NCBI GenBank assembly: GCA_963745205.1
Contig: CAVUWX010000004.1
Span: 125,339-189,338 of the forward strand
DNA: 64,000 nucleotides
Direction: 5' to 3'
Source: an uncultured Alphaproteobacteria bacterium
GTDB lineage: Bacteria; Pseudomonadota; Alphaproteobacteria; Rhizobiales; Hyphomicrobiaceae
The notes beneath the pieces are model-generated. The model searched no databases. It saw only the letters and a list, made by a program, of their open reading frames with translations, and was not told the DNA's origin. The translations under genes and the position numbers were made by a program. Shown here piece by piece: positions 45,504-56,071 of this stretch. How positions within the stretch are numbered: position 1 is the stretch's first letter; every line of letters begins with the position of its first letter.

Positions 45504-46034
45504 TCATTGGGTCGGGGCCTGATTGCTGCGATCGATATTGTTTGCCGAACTACTGGACTTGATCTGCGCGCTCTTGGCGATGGTATCGAAGTACTCTAAC
45601 CCGTCGCCCACGGTGATGGTCGGCCTACAGTCCGGCGTGCACGTATAGGACTCTCGCTTCGCGCCCTTGTAGAGGCTCAAGGTGCGCAAGTCGTCGTGAT
45701 CGACGACGACGCGCTGATCCTGGATCACGTTGCGCTGCGCATCGAGCGCGATGATGTTGGTCACGCCGAACGACTTGCCGGTAACGACCAAAAGGTTGCC
45801 GCCCTGGATCGCCACGTCGGCGATCGATGGGTTGCCGATGATCACCTCGGTGGCGGCACGCGGCAGGCGCAGCAGTTGGGACTGGTCGTAGCGGACCATC
45901 AGGTCGGCCGCATGCGCCTCGCCCGTTGCTATGACCGGTCCCAGTGTGGCAACAGCCAGAGTGACGCAAGCCAGCGTTAGAGTCGCGACGGGTGCGGTCG
46001 CTCTGGTCGATCGTCTGGGTTGGAGCTTGGACAT
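45504..46034 (-). CDS. Pilus assembly protein, secretin N-terminal-domain (CpaC-related) family
   Basis: Signal peptide; DQSQLLRL...EVIIGNPSIADV...LVVTGKSFGVTNIIALD...RESYTCTPDC. Confidence 0.88.
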   Translation of the reverse strand: MSKLQPRRSTRATAPVATLTLACVTLAVATLGPVIATGEAHAADLMVRYDQSQLLRLPRAATEVIIGNPSIADVAIQGGNLLVVTGKSFGVTNIIALDAQRNVIQDQRVVVDHDDLRTLSLYKGAKRESYTCTPDCRPTITVGDGLEYFDTIAKSAQIKSSSSANNIDRSNQAPTQ

Positions 46035-46245
46035 TGATGGAAGCCTCTGGGGGCATTACCTCAGGAAATGGTGAAGGAAGGGAAAATACCGATATTAGCC
46101 CGCATTTGTTGTGATATTCACAATATTTACCGCTGATTAATAGGAATGGCGCCGAACCCGACAGGCAGCGCGGTTGGTGCTGTAGGAAGTTTCCGCAACT
46201 GCAGCCTTAAACGTGGGGAGGACGTGGGAGACGGAGACTGAAATC

Positions 46246-46413
46246 ATGAAGGCCTTCCTCATCCGCTTCGCGGAGGACGGTTCCGGCGTCACGGCCATTG
46301 AGTATGGGCTCATTGCTGCAATTGTGGGCCTCAGCATTATCGTTGGCCTCATGACTCTGAGCGATGGCCTGAACACGCTATTTGGCAACGTCGCGACGAA
46401 CCTCGGTAAATAA
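46246..46413 (+). CDS. pilA: Flp (type IVb/c) pilin 1
   Basis: MKAFLIRFAEDGSG/VTAIEYGLIAAIVGLSII...; G/xTAIEY cleavage motif; 55 aa. Confidence 0.92.
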   Translation: MKAFLIRFAEDGSGVTAIEYGLIAAIVGLSIIVGLMTLSDGLNTLFGNVATNLGK

Positions 46414-46736
46414 GCCCACTGACGGACGCAGTAATGGACGCTTTGATCACCGCGAGCCGGCGTTTGTCCCGCTTTGGCGTTTCGCCTGGGCAGTCGCTCG
46501 CCTACGCTAGGTCTTTGGTGAGCTCTTGCGGCTGAGACGGCCACGCCTGACGGCGGCACGATACATTAATTCCAAAGAGCCGTGGCGTCATTGCAAGCAT
46601 TGCACCGCGATTCCCGTTGCAGTCAATTACCGCCGGGCCCAACGGCTCTCTAGAATACTTCTTCAGAACGCCGATTTATATTCTGTCGCCACGCGTAATC
46701 TTGGGACTTGATGCCAAAGGCGTAATTTGATCGAAT

Positions 46737-46806
46737 TTAATCGGCGCGATTAACAGATCGTTTAGACGTATTTACGATGATATTCGAGACTTTTACCTAG
46801 ATTTAA
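46737..46806 (+). promoter_or_regulatory. Cluster of CtrA-type sites upstream of pilin 2
   Basis: TTAA-CAGATCG-TTTA (46750-46764), TTTA-CCTAGAT-TTAA (46792-46806) and palindrome TTAATCGGCGCGATTAA; Caulobacter pilA carries multiple CtrA sites. Confidence 0.65.
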
Positions 46807-46911
46807 TATGTCCTGGCACAAAGTGCCGCTCAGTTCGGAAGCGAGGAATCCAATCCTCTACCGAGCACACACGAAAAGTGTGGTTCGAACCAGAACTGGG
46901 AGAGTGTTGTC

Positions 46912-47079
46912 ATGAAGACTGTTATCACCCGCTTTGTGAAGGACGAGTCCGGTGTGACCGCCATCGAGTATGGCCTCATTGCGGCCATCGTCGGTGTCGG
47001 CATCATCGTTGGCCTGAGCAACTTGAAGACGGGCCTGAACACCCTGTTCAACAACGTCAATACCAACCTGACGAAGTAA
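46912..47079 (+). CDS. pilA: Flp pilin 2 (missing from the ORF track)
   Basis: GGGAGAG RBS; MKTVITRFVKDESG/VTAIEYGLIAAIVGVGIIVGLSNLKTGLNTLFNNVNTNLTK*. Confidence 0.95.
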   Translation: MKTVITRFVKDESGVTAIEYGLIAAIVGVGIIVGLSNLKTGLNTLFNNVNTNLTK

Positions 47080-47098
47080 CCGGCCGCGACCGCTCGAT

Positions 47099-47159
47099 CG
47101 AGCCATTCGGTTGCCGCCAATGGCTCGGTTGCCACCTGGCGCTTTCAGCGCCGGGTGGC
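47099..47159 (+). terminator. Tandem hairpins after pilin 2 (terminator or mRNA stabiliser)
   Basis: CGAGCCATT/AATGGCTCG and GCCACCTGGCGCT-TTC-AGCGCCGGGTGGC, followed by GTTTCGT. Confidence 0.6.
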
Positions 47160-47202
47160 GTTTCGTCAATGCTCAACTCGCCGGGGCCGCGGAGCTCAAC
47201 AG

Positions 47203-47703
47203 GTGTTCGAGTATTCGCTCGTCTTCGTATTTCCGTTCGCGATGGCCTTCGCCGCCGCAACGGACGTGTTGACGATGACCATACCCAATCGCCTGACGAT
47301 CGGTCTGTGCGTGGCCTTTTTCGTGCTGGCCCCCGTGGCCGGCCTCGGCTGGCAGGACGTTTTGAGTCACATGGGGGCCGGCTCCGCCATGCTTCTGGCC
47401 GGGATGCTTCTATTCGCGCTGGGCTGGCTCGGGGGTGGCGACGGCAAGCTACTCGCCGTTGCCTCGCTCTGGCTCGGGTTCGACCAGCTCGTGATGTTCC
47501 TCGCCTACGTCGCCGCGATCGGAGGCGCCTTGGCAGTGGCGATCCTCGCCTACCGCAGCGCGCCGGTGGGCGCTCTGCCTTTGCCCGGCTGGGCGGCGCG
47601 CCTGCACACCAAGGGCGAAGGCATGCCTTATGGCGTGGCCATCGCCGCGGGTGCACTCGTCGTTTACCCGGCGACCAGTTGGTTTGCGGCCTTTACCGGC
47701 TGA
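47203..47703 (+). CDS. cpaA: Prepilin peptidase CpaA/TadV
   Basis: AAATDVLTMTIPN, LGGGDGKL (two catalytic Asp), MPYGVAIAAG; GTG start after GGAG. Confidence 0.92.
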   Translation: MFEYSLVFVFPFAMAFAAATDVLTMTIPNRLTIGLCVAFFVLAPVAGLGWQDVLSHMGAGSAMLLAGMLLFALGWLGGGDGKLLAVASLWLGFDQLVMFLAYVAAIGGALAVAILAYRSAPVGALPLPGWAARLHTKGEGMPYGVAIAAGALVVYPATSWFAAFTG

Positions 47704-47760
47704 AACGCCCGTGCGACGGGCACCGCCGACCCCTCTCCCAGCGTCAATCTGCGACGCCGA

Positions 47761-47775
47761 TTAACCTCGCGTTGA
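47761..47775 (+). promoter_or_regulatory. CtrA-type box upstream of cpaB
   Basis: TTAA-CCTCGCG-TTGA, one mismatch. Confidence 0.55.
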
Positions 47776-47842
47776 CGATTGTCCTGCACTGTCAGGAAGG
47801 AATCGAGAGGTCGAGTCTCGGGTTGAAAGGACCCGTTACACG

Positions 47843-48652
47843 ATGAAGCGAGCACAACTGATCGGGATCACGATCGCCGGCGGCGCCGGGCTCGCGGCAT
47901 TTTTGCTGATGCGGTCGATTACCAGCGGCCCTTCCGAGCCGACGCAGGTCGCGGTGCCTGTAAATGCAACCGAGGTCCTCGTCGCGGCCAAGGATCTTTC
48001 CCTGGGCGATATCACCAAGCAGAGCGACTTCCGCTGGCAGACGTGGCCCGCCGATTCGGTAACGCCCACCTTCATCACCAAGGAAGAGGGCAATGCCGGG
48101 ATGAGCTCGGTGACGGGTGCGGTCGTGCGCTCGCCGATCTCGCTGGGGGAACCCATCGTCCGCCAGAAGCTCGTCAAGGCGGGCGACGGGGGTGTTCTAG
48201 CTGCCATCCTGCCGAGCGGCATGCGCGCGATCTCAACACGCATAAAGGAGGAGACGTCGGCCGGACGCCTGATCCTCCCCAACGACCACGTAGACGTCAT
48301 TCTCACGCGCCGCCTGCATGGGTCATCGGGCGGGCAGGACGAGTTTGCCAGCGACACGTTATTCCACAACATCCGCGTCCTGGCGGTCGGCCAGCAGATC
48401 GAGACTAAGGAAAACGGCAAGAAGGCAGCGGAAGGTAGCGCCAATACAGCGACGCTGGAGCTGAACCCTCGCCAGGCGGAGATGCTCGCGCAGGCCAACT
48501 CGATGGGGGAAATCAGCTTGTCGTTGCGCAGCATTGCCGACGGCGCCCCCAAGACACCGACGGCTGATTCCGACCCCTTCAATACCGAGCACAGCAATGC
48601 GGTGCGTGTGTTCAAATACGGCGTTCCCACTCGAGCGTACGGCGTGAACTGA
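47843..48652 (+). CDS. cpaB: Flp pilus assembly protein CpaB/RcpC
   Basis: SAF domain VLVAAKDL...WQTWP; LPSGMRAIS, ILPNDHVDVILT, IRVLAVGQ, TATLEL. Confidence 0.95.
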   Translation: MKRAQLIGITIAGGAGLAAFLLMRSITSGPSEPTQVAVPVNATEVLVAAKDLSLGDITKQSDFRWQTWPADSVTPTFITKEEGNAGMSSVTGAVVRSPISLGEPIVRQKLVKAGDGGVLAAILPSGMRAISTRIKEETSAGRLILPNDHVDVILTRRLHGSSGGQDEFASDTLFHNIRVLAVGQQIETKENGKKAAEGSANTATLELNPRQAEMLAQANSMGEISLSLRSIADGAPKTPTADSDPFNTEHSNAVRVFKYGVPTRAYGVN

Positions 48653-48693
48653 GTGCAGTGATTCAGTTTCGGCTGTCGAAAAGGTACTCGATC

Positions 48694-50395
48694 ATGCGAA
48701 CGACCCTAAAATGGGCTCGCGCCGGTATGGCCGTCGTGTTCTTCGCCGCTACGGTAACAAGCGGCACTCAGGCGGCCGACGTGAAAGGCAGATCTGATTT
48801 TCAGGTCGGCCGCGATTCCGTGCTGCGCATTCCCGCCAACGCGGCATTCCCGCTGTCGAAACGGCTCGGCCTCGGCGTCGGCCGCTCGATCGTGGTGCAG
48901 TCCCCGGTGCCGCTGAAGGACGTGATGGTCTCCGATCCCACGCGGCTCGATGCCGTGGTCCAGTCCTCCGACCGCGTGTTCCTGATCGCAAAGCAGTCTG
49001 GCCAGACCAACGCCTTCTTCTTCGACGAGTACGGTCAGCAGATCCTGACGCTAGAGGTGGCTATCGGTGCCGATCTTTCGGCGCTCGACGAATTCCTTAG
49101 CCGCATCATTCCCGGTTCCAACATTCACAGCGAGATCGCGGGCAAGGCGGTCGTGCTGACCGGTACCGTGCGCACGCCGATCGACTCCAACCGCGCGGCG
49201 CAGGTCGCCGCCCAGTTCGTCGGCGCCAACAGCGGCAGCCTAGGCTCCGTAGGTCCCAGCCAGCCGGTCAACCAGACGACCGTGAACAATGCACTATCGA
49301 ATACCGCTGCCGGCGGCGCGACCAGCGCCTATGGGCAGCAGACACAGAGCGATACGTCCGCGCCTACGGGAGCGGACGATCCCTATGCCGAGAAGCCGGT
49401 GATCAACCTCTTGACGGTCGAGGGCGAGGAGCAGGTGATGCTCCGCGTGACGGTCGCCGAGGTGCAGCGCACCCTGTTGAAGCAGTTCGGCATCAACCTC
49501 GGCGCCGTCATCAACTCAGGCAATTTCTCTACGGCCGTGCTCACGGACAACAGCTTTCCTCTGACTTCGGTGTCGGGCGGTCTCGGGGCGTTAGCTAACG
49601 CCGGCGTCGCGGCTGCTGGGGCGACTATGTTCAGTAACGGTGTGGCCGGTGTTCCGTTTCCTGCGGGCCGCGGCGCTGTTGGCTTTAACAACTCGGGCGT
49701 GGCCGAGGCGTGGACGTTCGGGCCGCCAGTCGGTCTCCGGCGCATTGAAGGCTCTCGAGCGCGACGGGCTCCTGCGCACGCTGGCCGAACCGAACCTGAC
49801 GGCCGTCTCGGGGGAGCCGGCGAAGTTTCTCGCGGGCGGCGAATATCCGGTGCCGGTGGTGGACAGCCTCGGCCAGGTCAGCGTCATCTACAAGGAATAC
49901 GGCATCGGTCTGGCCTTCACGCCCGTCGTCATGACGGAAGGCCGCATCAGCCTCAAGATCGAGAGCGAGGTCAGCGAGCTGACCCAAGACGGCGCGGTCG
50001 TACTCAACAACATTCAGATTCCGGCCTTGAAGAAGCGGCAGGCGAACTCAACGGTCGAGCTTCCCTCGGGCGGATCGCTCGCTCTCGCCGGCCTACTCAA
50101 AGAGGACTCGCGCCAGACGATCGAGGGGTTCCCGGCTCTCAAGAACCTGCCGATCCTCGGCACGCTGTTCCGCAGCCACGAATACCAGAAGGACGAAACC
50201 GAGCTCGTCATCATCGTAACGCCGTACGTGGTACGTCCGACGTCGCGTCAGGAGCTCGCCCGTCCGATCGACGGCCTGGGCGATCCGACCGACCGCAAGG
50301 CGAACTTCTTAGGCGAAATCAATCGTGTGTACGGCGGCACTTCCCCTCCGCCGGTCGGCGATCTCAAGGGCGACTACGGTTTCATCGTCGAATAG
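48694..50395 (+). pseudogene. cpaC: Secretin CpaC/RcpA with a +1 frameshift at 49720-49723 (probably an extra G)
   Basis: Frame 1 gives the N-terminal and BON domains up to EQVMLRVTVAEVQR...AWTFG; frame 2 continues RQSVSGALKALERDGLLRTLAEPNLTAVSGEPAKFLAGGEYP...ETELVIIVTPY. The junction reads TTC GGG C CGC. Confidence 0.9.
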
Positions 50396-50416
50396 CGCAC
50401 GGGCGGGAGAGGTATC

Positions 50417-51160
50417 ATGACGTCCTCAATATTGAAGCGGGCCCCGGGCAAAGCCGGTGTTAATCGCACAGGCCTCGGCTTCCTAGCGGCTTCGGCGATC
50501 GCTCTGACGCTCGCTGGCTGCAAGACTATGGACGACCCGACGCGTGTCGCCGGCTGGACGCTCGTCGATGCCTCCGAGCGCCATCCAATCCTCGTTTCGC
50601 AGCAGCCGACGACGCACGTCGTGAAGGTGGCGCCGGGTTCGAACGGCCTCACGGCCGGGCAGCGCGCCCAGCTTCTCGACTTCGCTGACCACTACCGTGC
50701 GACCGATACCGGAGCGAGCCGTCTCGTCATCCAAGCACCGAGCGGCGGCGCCAACGAGGTCTCCTCCATGTACGCGGTGAGTCAGATACGCTCCTTGCTC
50801 GCCGACCAGGGATTCGCAGAGAACATGATCTCCGTGGAGGCCTACGACGCCAACGGAACTCGCGAACCTCCGATCCGTGTGTCCTACTTGCGGTTCGTCG
50901 CGCAACCTCCGCCGTGCGGCAACTGGTCGACCAATCTCGCCGACGAGCCGATGAATCTGCCCTATCCCGATCTCGGCTGCGCCAATCAGCACAACCTCGG
51001 CGCCATGGTCGCCAATCCTGCCGATCTCCTCGGCCCACGGAGCGAAACCGCGCGTGACAGCATGCGCCGCGATGAAGTGTTCACCAAGTACATCAACGGC
51101 CAGCCCACGGGCGCGAGGAAATCTGCCGATGAACGGGTGAACAAGGACAACAGCCAGTGA
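50417..51160 (+). CDS. cpaD: Pilus assembly lipoprotein CpaD
   Basis: LAGC lipobox, RHPILV, PPCGNW, LGCANQHNLGAMVANPADL. Confidence 0.95.
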   Translation: MTSSILKRAPGKAGVNRTGLGFLAASAIALTLAGCKTMDDPTRVAGWTLVDASERHPILVSQQPTTHVVKVAPGSNGLTAGQRAQLLDFADHYRATDTGASRLVIQAPSGGANEVSSMYAVSQIRSLLADQGFAENMISVEAYDANGTREPPIRVSYLRFVAQPPPCGNWSTNLADEPMNLPYPDLGCANQHNLGAMVANPADLLGPRSETARDSMRRDEVFTKYINGQPTGARKSADERVNKDNSQ

Positions 51161-51188
51161 GGATCGGATAACCGAGGTCGCTCAAGTC

Positions 51189-52505
51189 ATGTCGAAGCAC
51201 GTCCAATCCGCTCCAGGCACCGAAGAGGCGCACGAGCTCGACGTCGCTCTGCCGGGCGAAGAGGCTCAGTTCGCCGGGCAGCCGGTGAGCTCGCGGGCGC
51301 GGCCGATCCCGCGCATCTCCATCCAGGCCTTCTGCGAGAATGGCGCTATGGCGGAGATCGTTCAGATTGCGGCGGAAGATCGCCGTCTCGCCAAGGCGCA
51401 CGTCAACGTGCACATGGGCGGGATCGAGGCGGCGGTGACGCATTACCAGCAGAACCCAACGCCGAACCTCATCATCATCGAAAGCAGCCTGCCGCGCGAG
51501 CACATCGTCGCCGAGCTCGACCGGCTGGCCGAAAGCTGCGATCCGGGCACCAAGGTCATCGTTATCGGGCACACGAATGACATCGTCCTCTACCGCGACC
51601 TGTTGAAGCGCGGCGTCAGCGAATATCTGGTCGAGCCCGTCTCGCCGCTCCAGTTGATGGAAGCGGTCTCCAATCTCTACAACAACCCCGAAACGGAGCC
51701 GGTCGGCCATGTCTACGCCTTCGTCGGGGCCAAGGGCGGCGTGGGGTCGTCGACCATCTGCCACAATACGGCCTGGGCGCTGTCGGAGATCTTGAAGACG
51801 AACGTCGTGATCGCCGATCTCGACCTCGCATTCGGCACCACGGGGCTCGACTTCAACCAGGATCCGGTTCAGGGCATCGCGGATGCGCTCTCGAGTCCCG
51901 AGCGGCTCGACGAGGTGCTGCTCGACCGCCTCCTGACCAAGTGCTCCGAGCACCTGTCGATCTTTGCCGCACCGGTTGTCCTCGACCGCGACTACGACAT
52001 CACGGTGGAGGGTTGCGACCAGGTTATCGACATCGTCCGCCAGAACGTACCCTACGTCGTTGTGGACCTGCCGCATACCTGGACGGCGTGGACAAAGAGC
52101 ATCCTGCTGCAAGCGGACGAGGTCATCGTCACCGCGGCTCCCGACCTCGCCAACCTGCGCAATGCGAAGAACATCGTCGATCTGCTGCGGCAGTCGCGCC
52201 GCAACGACAGCAAGCCGCGCCTCGTCATGAACATGGTCAACATGCCCAAGCGCCCGGAGATCAGCGTGAAGGAGTTCGAGAACGCGCTCGGCCTCAAAAC
52301 CATCAGCGTCATCGACTTCGATACCGAGACCTTCGGCCAAGCGGCCAACAACGGTCAAATGATCGAGGAGCTCAACGGCAAGTCCAAGTCAGCCGCCGCG
52401 TTCCGCGAGATTGCGCTGGCGATGACCCACCGCCGAGACATGCAGGTGGCCAAAAAACCGTCCGCGCTTGCACCTCTCTTCGAAAAATTAAAACTTAAGC
52501 GGTAA
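51189..52505 (+). CDS. cpaE: Pilus localisation protein CpaE/TadZ
   Basis: PIPRISIQAFCE, atypical receiver TPNLIIIE, GAKGGVGSSTICHN. Confidence 0.95.
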   Translation: MSKHVQSAPGTEEAHELDVALPGEEAQFAGQPVSSRARPIPRISIQAFCENGAMAEIVQIAAEDRRLAKAHVNVHMGGIEAAVTHYQQNPTPNLIIIESSLPREHIVAELDRLAESCDPGTKVIVIGHTNDIVLYRDLLKRGVSEYLVEPVSPLQLMEAVSNLYNNPETEPVGHVYAFVGAKGGVGSSTICHNTAWALSEILKTNVVIADLDLAFGTTGLDFNQDPVQGIADALSSPERLDEVLLDRLLTKCSEHLSIFAAPVVLDRDYDITVEGCDQVIDIVRQNVPYVVVDLPHTWTAWTKSILLQADEVIVTAAPDLANLRNAKNIVDLLRQSRRNDSKPRLVMNMVNMPKRPEISVKEFENALGLKTISVIDFDTETFGQAANNGQMIEELNGKSKSAAAFREIALAMTHRRDMQVAKKPSALAPLFEKLKLKR

Positions 52506-52516
52506 GGGTTCACGCT

Positions 52517-53989
52517 ATGTTCGGTAAGCGTACGAGTGAAATCATCGTTCCGCAGCGCCCGCCGCAGCAGGCGCCCGTAGCGGCCGCGCCAGCCCCGAAG
52601 GCCCTCGAGCCGAAGCCGGCGTCGAAGGGGCCGGCATCCTCGCCGACGACTTCGCAGGATTTGCCTCGGCGCCACTCCGAAGAATATTACGACGTGAAGA
52701 CGACGGTCTTCAACGCGCTGATCGATACCATCGATCTTACGCAGCTCGCCAAGCTCGACAGCACGGCGGCCCGCGAAGAGATCCGCGACATCGTCAGCGA
52801 GATCATCCAGATCAAGAACGTCGTGATGTCGATCGCCGAGCAAGAGGAGCTGCTCGAGGACATCTGTAACGACGTGCTCGGCTACGGGCCGCTGGAACCG
52901 CTTTTGGCTCGTGACGAGATCTCCGACATCATGGTCAACGGAGCCAACACGACGTACATCGAGGTCAAGGGCAAGGTGCAGAGGACGGGCGTGCGCTTCG
53001 CCGACAACCTGCAGCTCATGAACATCTGTCAGCGTATCGTCAGCCAAGTCGGGCGCCGCGTCGATGAATCAAGCCCAATCTGCGACGCGCGCCTGCCCGA
53101 CGGGTCGCGCGTCAACGTGATCGCGCCGCCGCTCGCAATTGATGGACCCGCGCTCACCATCCGAAAGTTCAAGCGGGATCGCTTGAACCTCGAGCAGCTT
53201 ATGAAGCTCGGCACCATTACGCCGTTCGCAAAGACCATTCTGGAGATCATCGGACGCGTCCGGTGTAATGTGCTGATCTCCGGTGGTACCGGTTCCGGCA
53301 AGACGACGCTGCTCAACTGCTTGACCGGCTCCATCGACGACGACGAGCGCATCATCACCTGCGAGGATTCGGCTGAGCTTCAACTGCAGCAGCCGCACGT
53401 GGTCCGTCTCGAGACGCGACCTCCCAACCTCGAAGGTGAGGGCGAGATCAAGATGCGCGATCTCGTCAGGAACTGCCTTCGTATGCGGCCGGAGCGGATT
53501 ATCGTGGGCGAGGTCCGCGGCCCGGAAGCCTTTGATCTCTTGCAGGCGATGAATACGGGCCACGACGGCTCGATGGGAACGCTTCACTCCAACAGTCCGC
53601 GCGAATGCATCAGCCGACTGGAATCGATGATCATGATGGGTGGCTACCAGCTTCCCGTGCGCACCATCCGCGAGATGATCACCGGCTCGGTCGACGTCAT
53701 CGTTCAAGTCGCCCGTTTGCGCGACGGCACCCGTAAGGTCACGCACATCACCGAGGTGCTGGGCATGGAAGGCGAGGTGGTGACCTTGCAGGATCTCATT
53801 TTGTACGAGGTCACCGGCGAGGATGCGAACGGCAACCTCACGGGGCGCCAGCGCTCGACAGGCATCGCGCGTCCGCGGTTCTGGGACCGTGCCGCCTACT
53901 ATGGCGAGGAACACCGTCTCGCCGAAGCCCTGGAAGCTGCCGAGATCCTCGACAAGGACGGCCATCCGCTCGGAGGCGGCAATGCTTGA
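52517..53989 (+). CDS. cpaF: Pilus assembly ATPase CpaF/TadA
   Basis: [52 protein letters not shown]. Confidence 0.97.
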   Translation: MFGKRTSEIIVPQRPPQQAPVAAAPAPKALEPKPASKGPASSPTTSQDLPRRHSEEYYDVKTTVFNALIDTIDLTQLAKLDSTAAREEIRDIVSEIIQIKNVVMSIAEQEELLEDICNDVLGYGPLEPLLARDEISDIMVNGANTTYIEVKGKVQRTGVRFADNLQLMNICQRIVSQVGRRVDESSPICDARLPDGSRVNVIAPPLAIDGPALTIRKFKRDRLNLEQLMKLGTITPFAKTILEIIGRVRCNVLISGGTGSGKTTLLNCLTGSIDDDERIITCEDSAELQLQQPHVVRLETRPPNLEGEGEIKMRDLVRNCLRMRPERIIVGEVRGPEAFDLLQAMNTGHDGSMGTLHSNSPRECISRLESMIMMGGYQLPVRTIREMITGSVDVIVQVARLRDGTRKVTHITEVLGMEGEVVTLQDLILYEVTGEDANGNLTGRQRSTGIARPRFWDRAAYYGEEHRLAEALEAAEILDKDGHPLGGGNA

Positions 53990-54980
53990 GGGAAACGAGG
54001 CCGCATTGGCGGCGGCGCTCGCTGCCTGCGCCGTCTCCGCACTCGTCTTCGTGTTCATTTATCCGTACTTTTCCGCTGACCGAAAGGGCGAGCTGCGCTT
54101 GCGCGGCCTCGCGGAAGGGTCCGGGCCCAATGCTCTGCAGGCGGCTAGCGATCTGGTCGCCAACCGGCGCAAGGCCGTTTCAGAGTCTCTGAAGGAGCTG
54201 GAAAGCCGCCAGAATACCTTGGAGAAGGTGTCGCTGCGCCTGCGTTTGCAGAGGGCGGGCATCAACGTCACGCCCAGGATCTATTGGCTGGCGAGCGCCG
54301 TCTGCGGCCTGACGCTTGCGCTCCTCGTCGATCTGACGCTCCCGGCATCGGGCACGCGGCAACTATTGGCGCTCGTGGTGGGTCTCATCGGCGTGTTCGG
54401 TGTGCCGCGTTGGATCGTTTCCAAGATGACGAAGCGACGGCAGGCCAAGTTCCTCGCCGAACTCGCCAACGCGGTCGAGATCATTGTGCGCGGCGTCAAG
54501 TCCGGTCTGCCGCTTAACGAATGCCTATCAACCATCGCACGCGAAAGCGCGGAGCCGCTGGCGAGCGAGTTTCGCGACGTCATCGAGCAGCAGCGGGTCG
54601 GCGTACCTCTCTCCGAGGCGCTCGAGCGCCTGACGACGCGGATGCCGCTGGCGGAGGTGAAGTTCTTCACGATCGTGATAGCTATCCAGCAGCAGGCCGG
54701 CGGCAACCTTTCCGAAGCTCTGAGCAATCTCGCGACCGTGCTGCGCGACCGGTTCCGCCTCAAGATGAAAGTCAAGGCGCTGAGCGGTGAGGCCAAAGCG
54801 TCGGCAGCAGTGCTCGCGTCCTTGCCGCCGGCGGTCGTGTTCATGGTCTACGGCGCCTCGCCCGACTACATCATGCCGCTGTTCGCGACGCGCACGGGAA
54901 ACTTCCTGCTGCTATTTAGTGCGTGCTGGATGATCATCGGCGTGCTGGTGATGCGCAAGATGATCAACTTCAAGTTCTGA
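53982..54980 (+). CDS. tadB: Tad inner-membrane platform protein TadB
   Basis: VRGVKSGLPL, IQQQAGGNLSEAL, KVKALSGEAKAS. Confidence 0.94.
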   Translation: MLEGNEAALAAALAACAVSALVFVFIYPYFSADRKGELRLRGLAEGSGPNALQAASDLVANRRKAVSESLKELESRQNTLEKVSLRLRLQRAGINVTPRIYWLASAVCGLTLALLVDLTLPASGTRQLLALVVGLIGVFGVPRWIVSKMTKRRQAKFLAELANAVEIIVRGVKSGLPLNECLSTIARESAEPLASEFRDVIEQQRVGVPLSEALERLTTRMPLAEVKFFTIVIAIQQQAGGNLSEALSNLATVLRDRFRLKMKVKALSGEAKASAAVLASLPPAVVFMVYGASPDYIMPLFATRTGNFLLLFSACWMIIGVLVMRKMINFKF

Positions 54981-55029
54981 GGCATGGGCTCGATTGCTTG
55001 GCCGCCCCTTAAGGTGAGTGCCGTTAGTC

Positions 55030-56001
55030 ATGGATCTGCTCGGCAATTTCACGAACCCCACGCTCGTTGTCACGCTGCTGGCCGCCGTATGCGTCTTCGC
55101 CACAGTACTGACGATCGCCATGCCGATAATCGCGCGCGACCGCATGAGCCATCGCATGCGCGTAATGGCGATCGAGCGCGACAAAATGCGCGCCGCACGG
55201 CTCGCAGAGATAAGCCGTGAGCGGCAGACCGCCAAGCTGCGGCACGCGTCTCAGGGCTTCACGCAGCAGATGGTCGAGCGCTTCAATCTGCGTAAGCTGT
55301 TCGAGAACGAGGACCTGCGCGACAAGCTGAAACGGGCCGGCCTCAGAGGTCAGGCCCCGCTGGCGACCTACATGTTCTTCCGGGTCGCTACACCCCTCGT
55401 CGTCTTTGCGCTGGCGATGTTCTATCTTTTTGTCGTGGGGGCACTGGCGTACCCGCCCATGATCAAGCTCTTGATTGCGCTGGGTGCCGCCTTCGTTGGC
55501 TCCTATCTGCCGAACATCTTCATTCAGAACCTGACCCAGAAACGCCAGAACGCGATCAGGATCGTTTTTCCGGATGCCCTCGACATGCTGCTGATATGCG
55601 TGCAGGCAGGCATGTCTGTCGAGGCCGCGTTCGGCCGGGTCGCAAAGGAGGTCGCCAGCCAGTCGATGGAACTCGCCGAGGAGCTGAGCCTGACGACGGC
55701 GGAGCTCTCCTACCTGCAGGACCGACGCCAGGCGTTCGACAACCTTGGCAAGCGCACCGGTCTTCCCGGGATCAAGGCCGTAGTGACCGCGCTCATCCAG
55801 GCCGAGCGCTACGGCACCCCGGTCGGCCAGGCGCTGCGCGTAATGGCCAAGGAAAACCGCGACATCCGCCAGTCGGAGGCCGAGAAAAAGGCCGCATCCC
55901 TTCCTCCGAAGCTCACCGTCCCTATGATCTTGTTCTTTCTGCCCGTGCTCTTCGTAGTGATCCTCGGGCCGGCCGCGATCCGCTTCTGGGAATTCAACTG
56001 A
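55030..56001 (+). CDS. tadC: Tad inner-membrane platform protein TadC
   Basis: FPDALDMLLICVQAG, LIQAERYGTP, AEKKAASLPPKLTVPMILFFLP. Confidence 0.95.
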   Translation: MDLLGNFTNPTLVVTLLAAVCVFATVLTIAMPIIARDRMSHRMRVMAIERDKMRAARLAEISRERQTAKLRHASQGFTQQMVERFNLRKLFENEDLRDKLKRAGLRGQAPLATYMFFRVATPLVVFALAMFYLFVVGALAYPPMIKLLIALGAAFVGSYLPNIFIQNLTQKRQNAIRIVFPDALDMLLICVQAGMSVEAAFGRVAKEVASQSMELAEELSLTTAELSYLQDRRQAFDNLGKRTGLPGIKAVVTALIQAERYGTPVGQALRVMAKENRDIRQSEAEKKAASLPPKLTVPMILFFLPVLFVVILGPAAIRFWEFN

Positions 56002-56071
56002 GATCGCGCCGACCGCGTGAGGCGCCCCTCAAAGCTCACAGTCTCGGATATTCGCGGCAGTGCGGAGCCAC

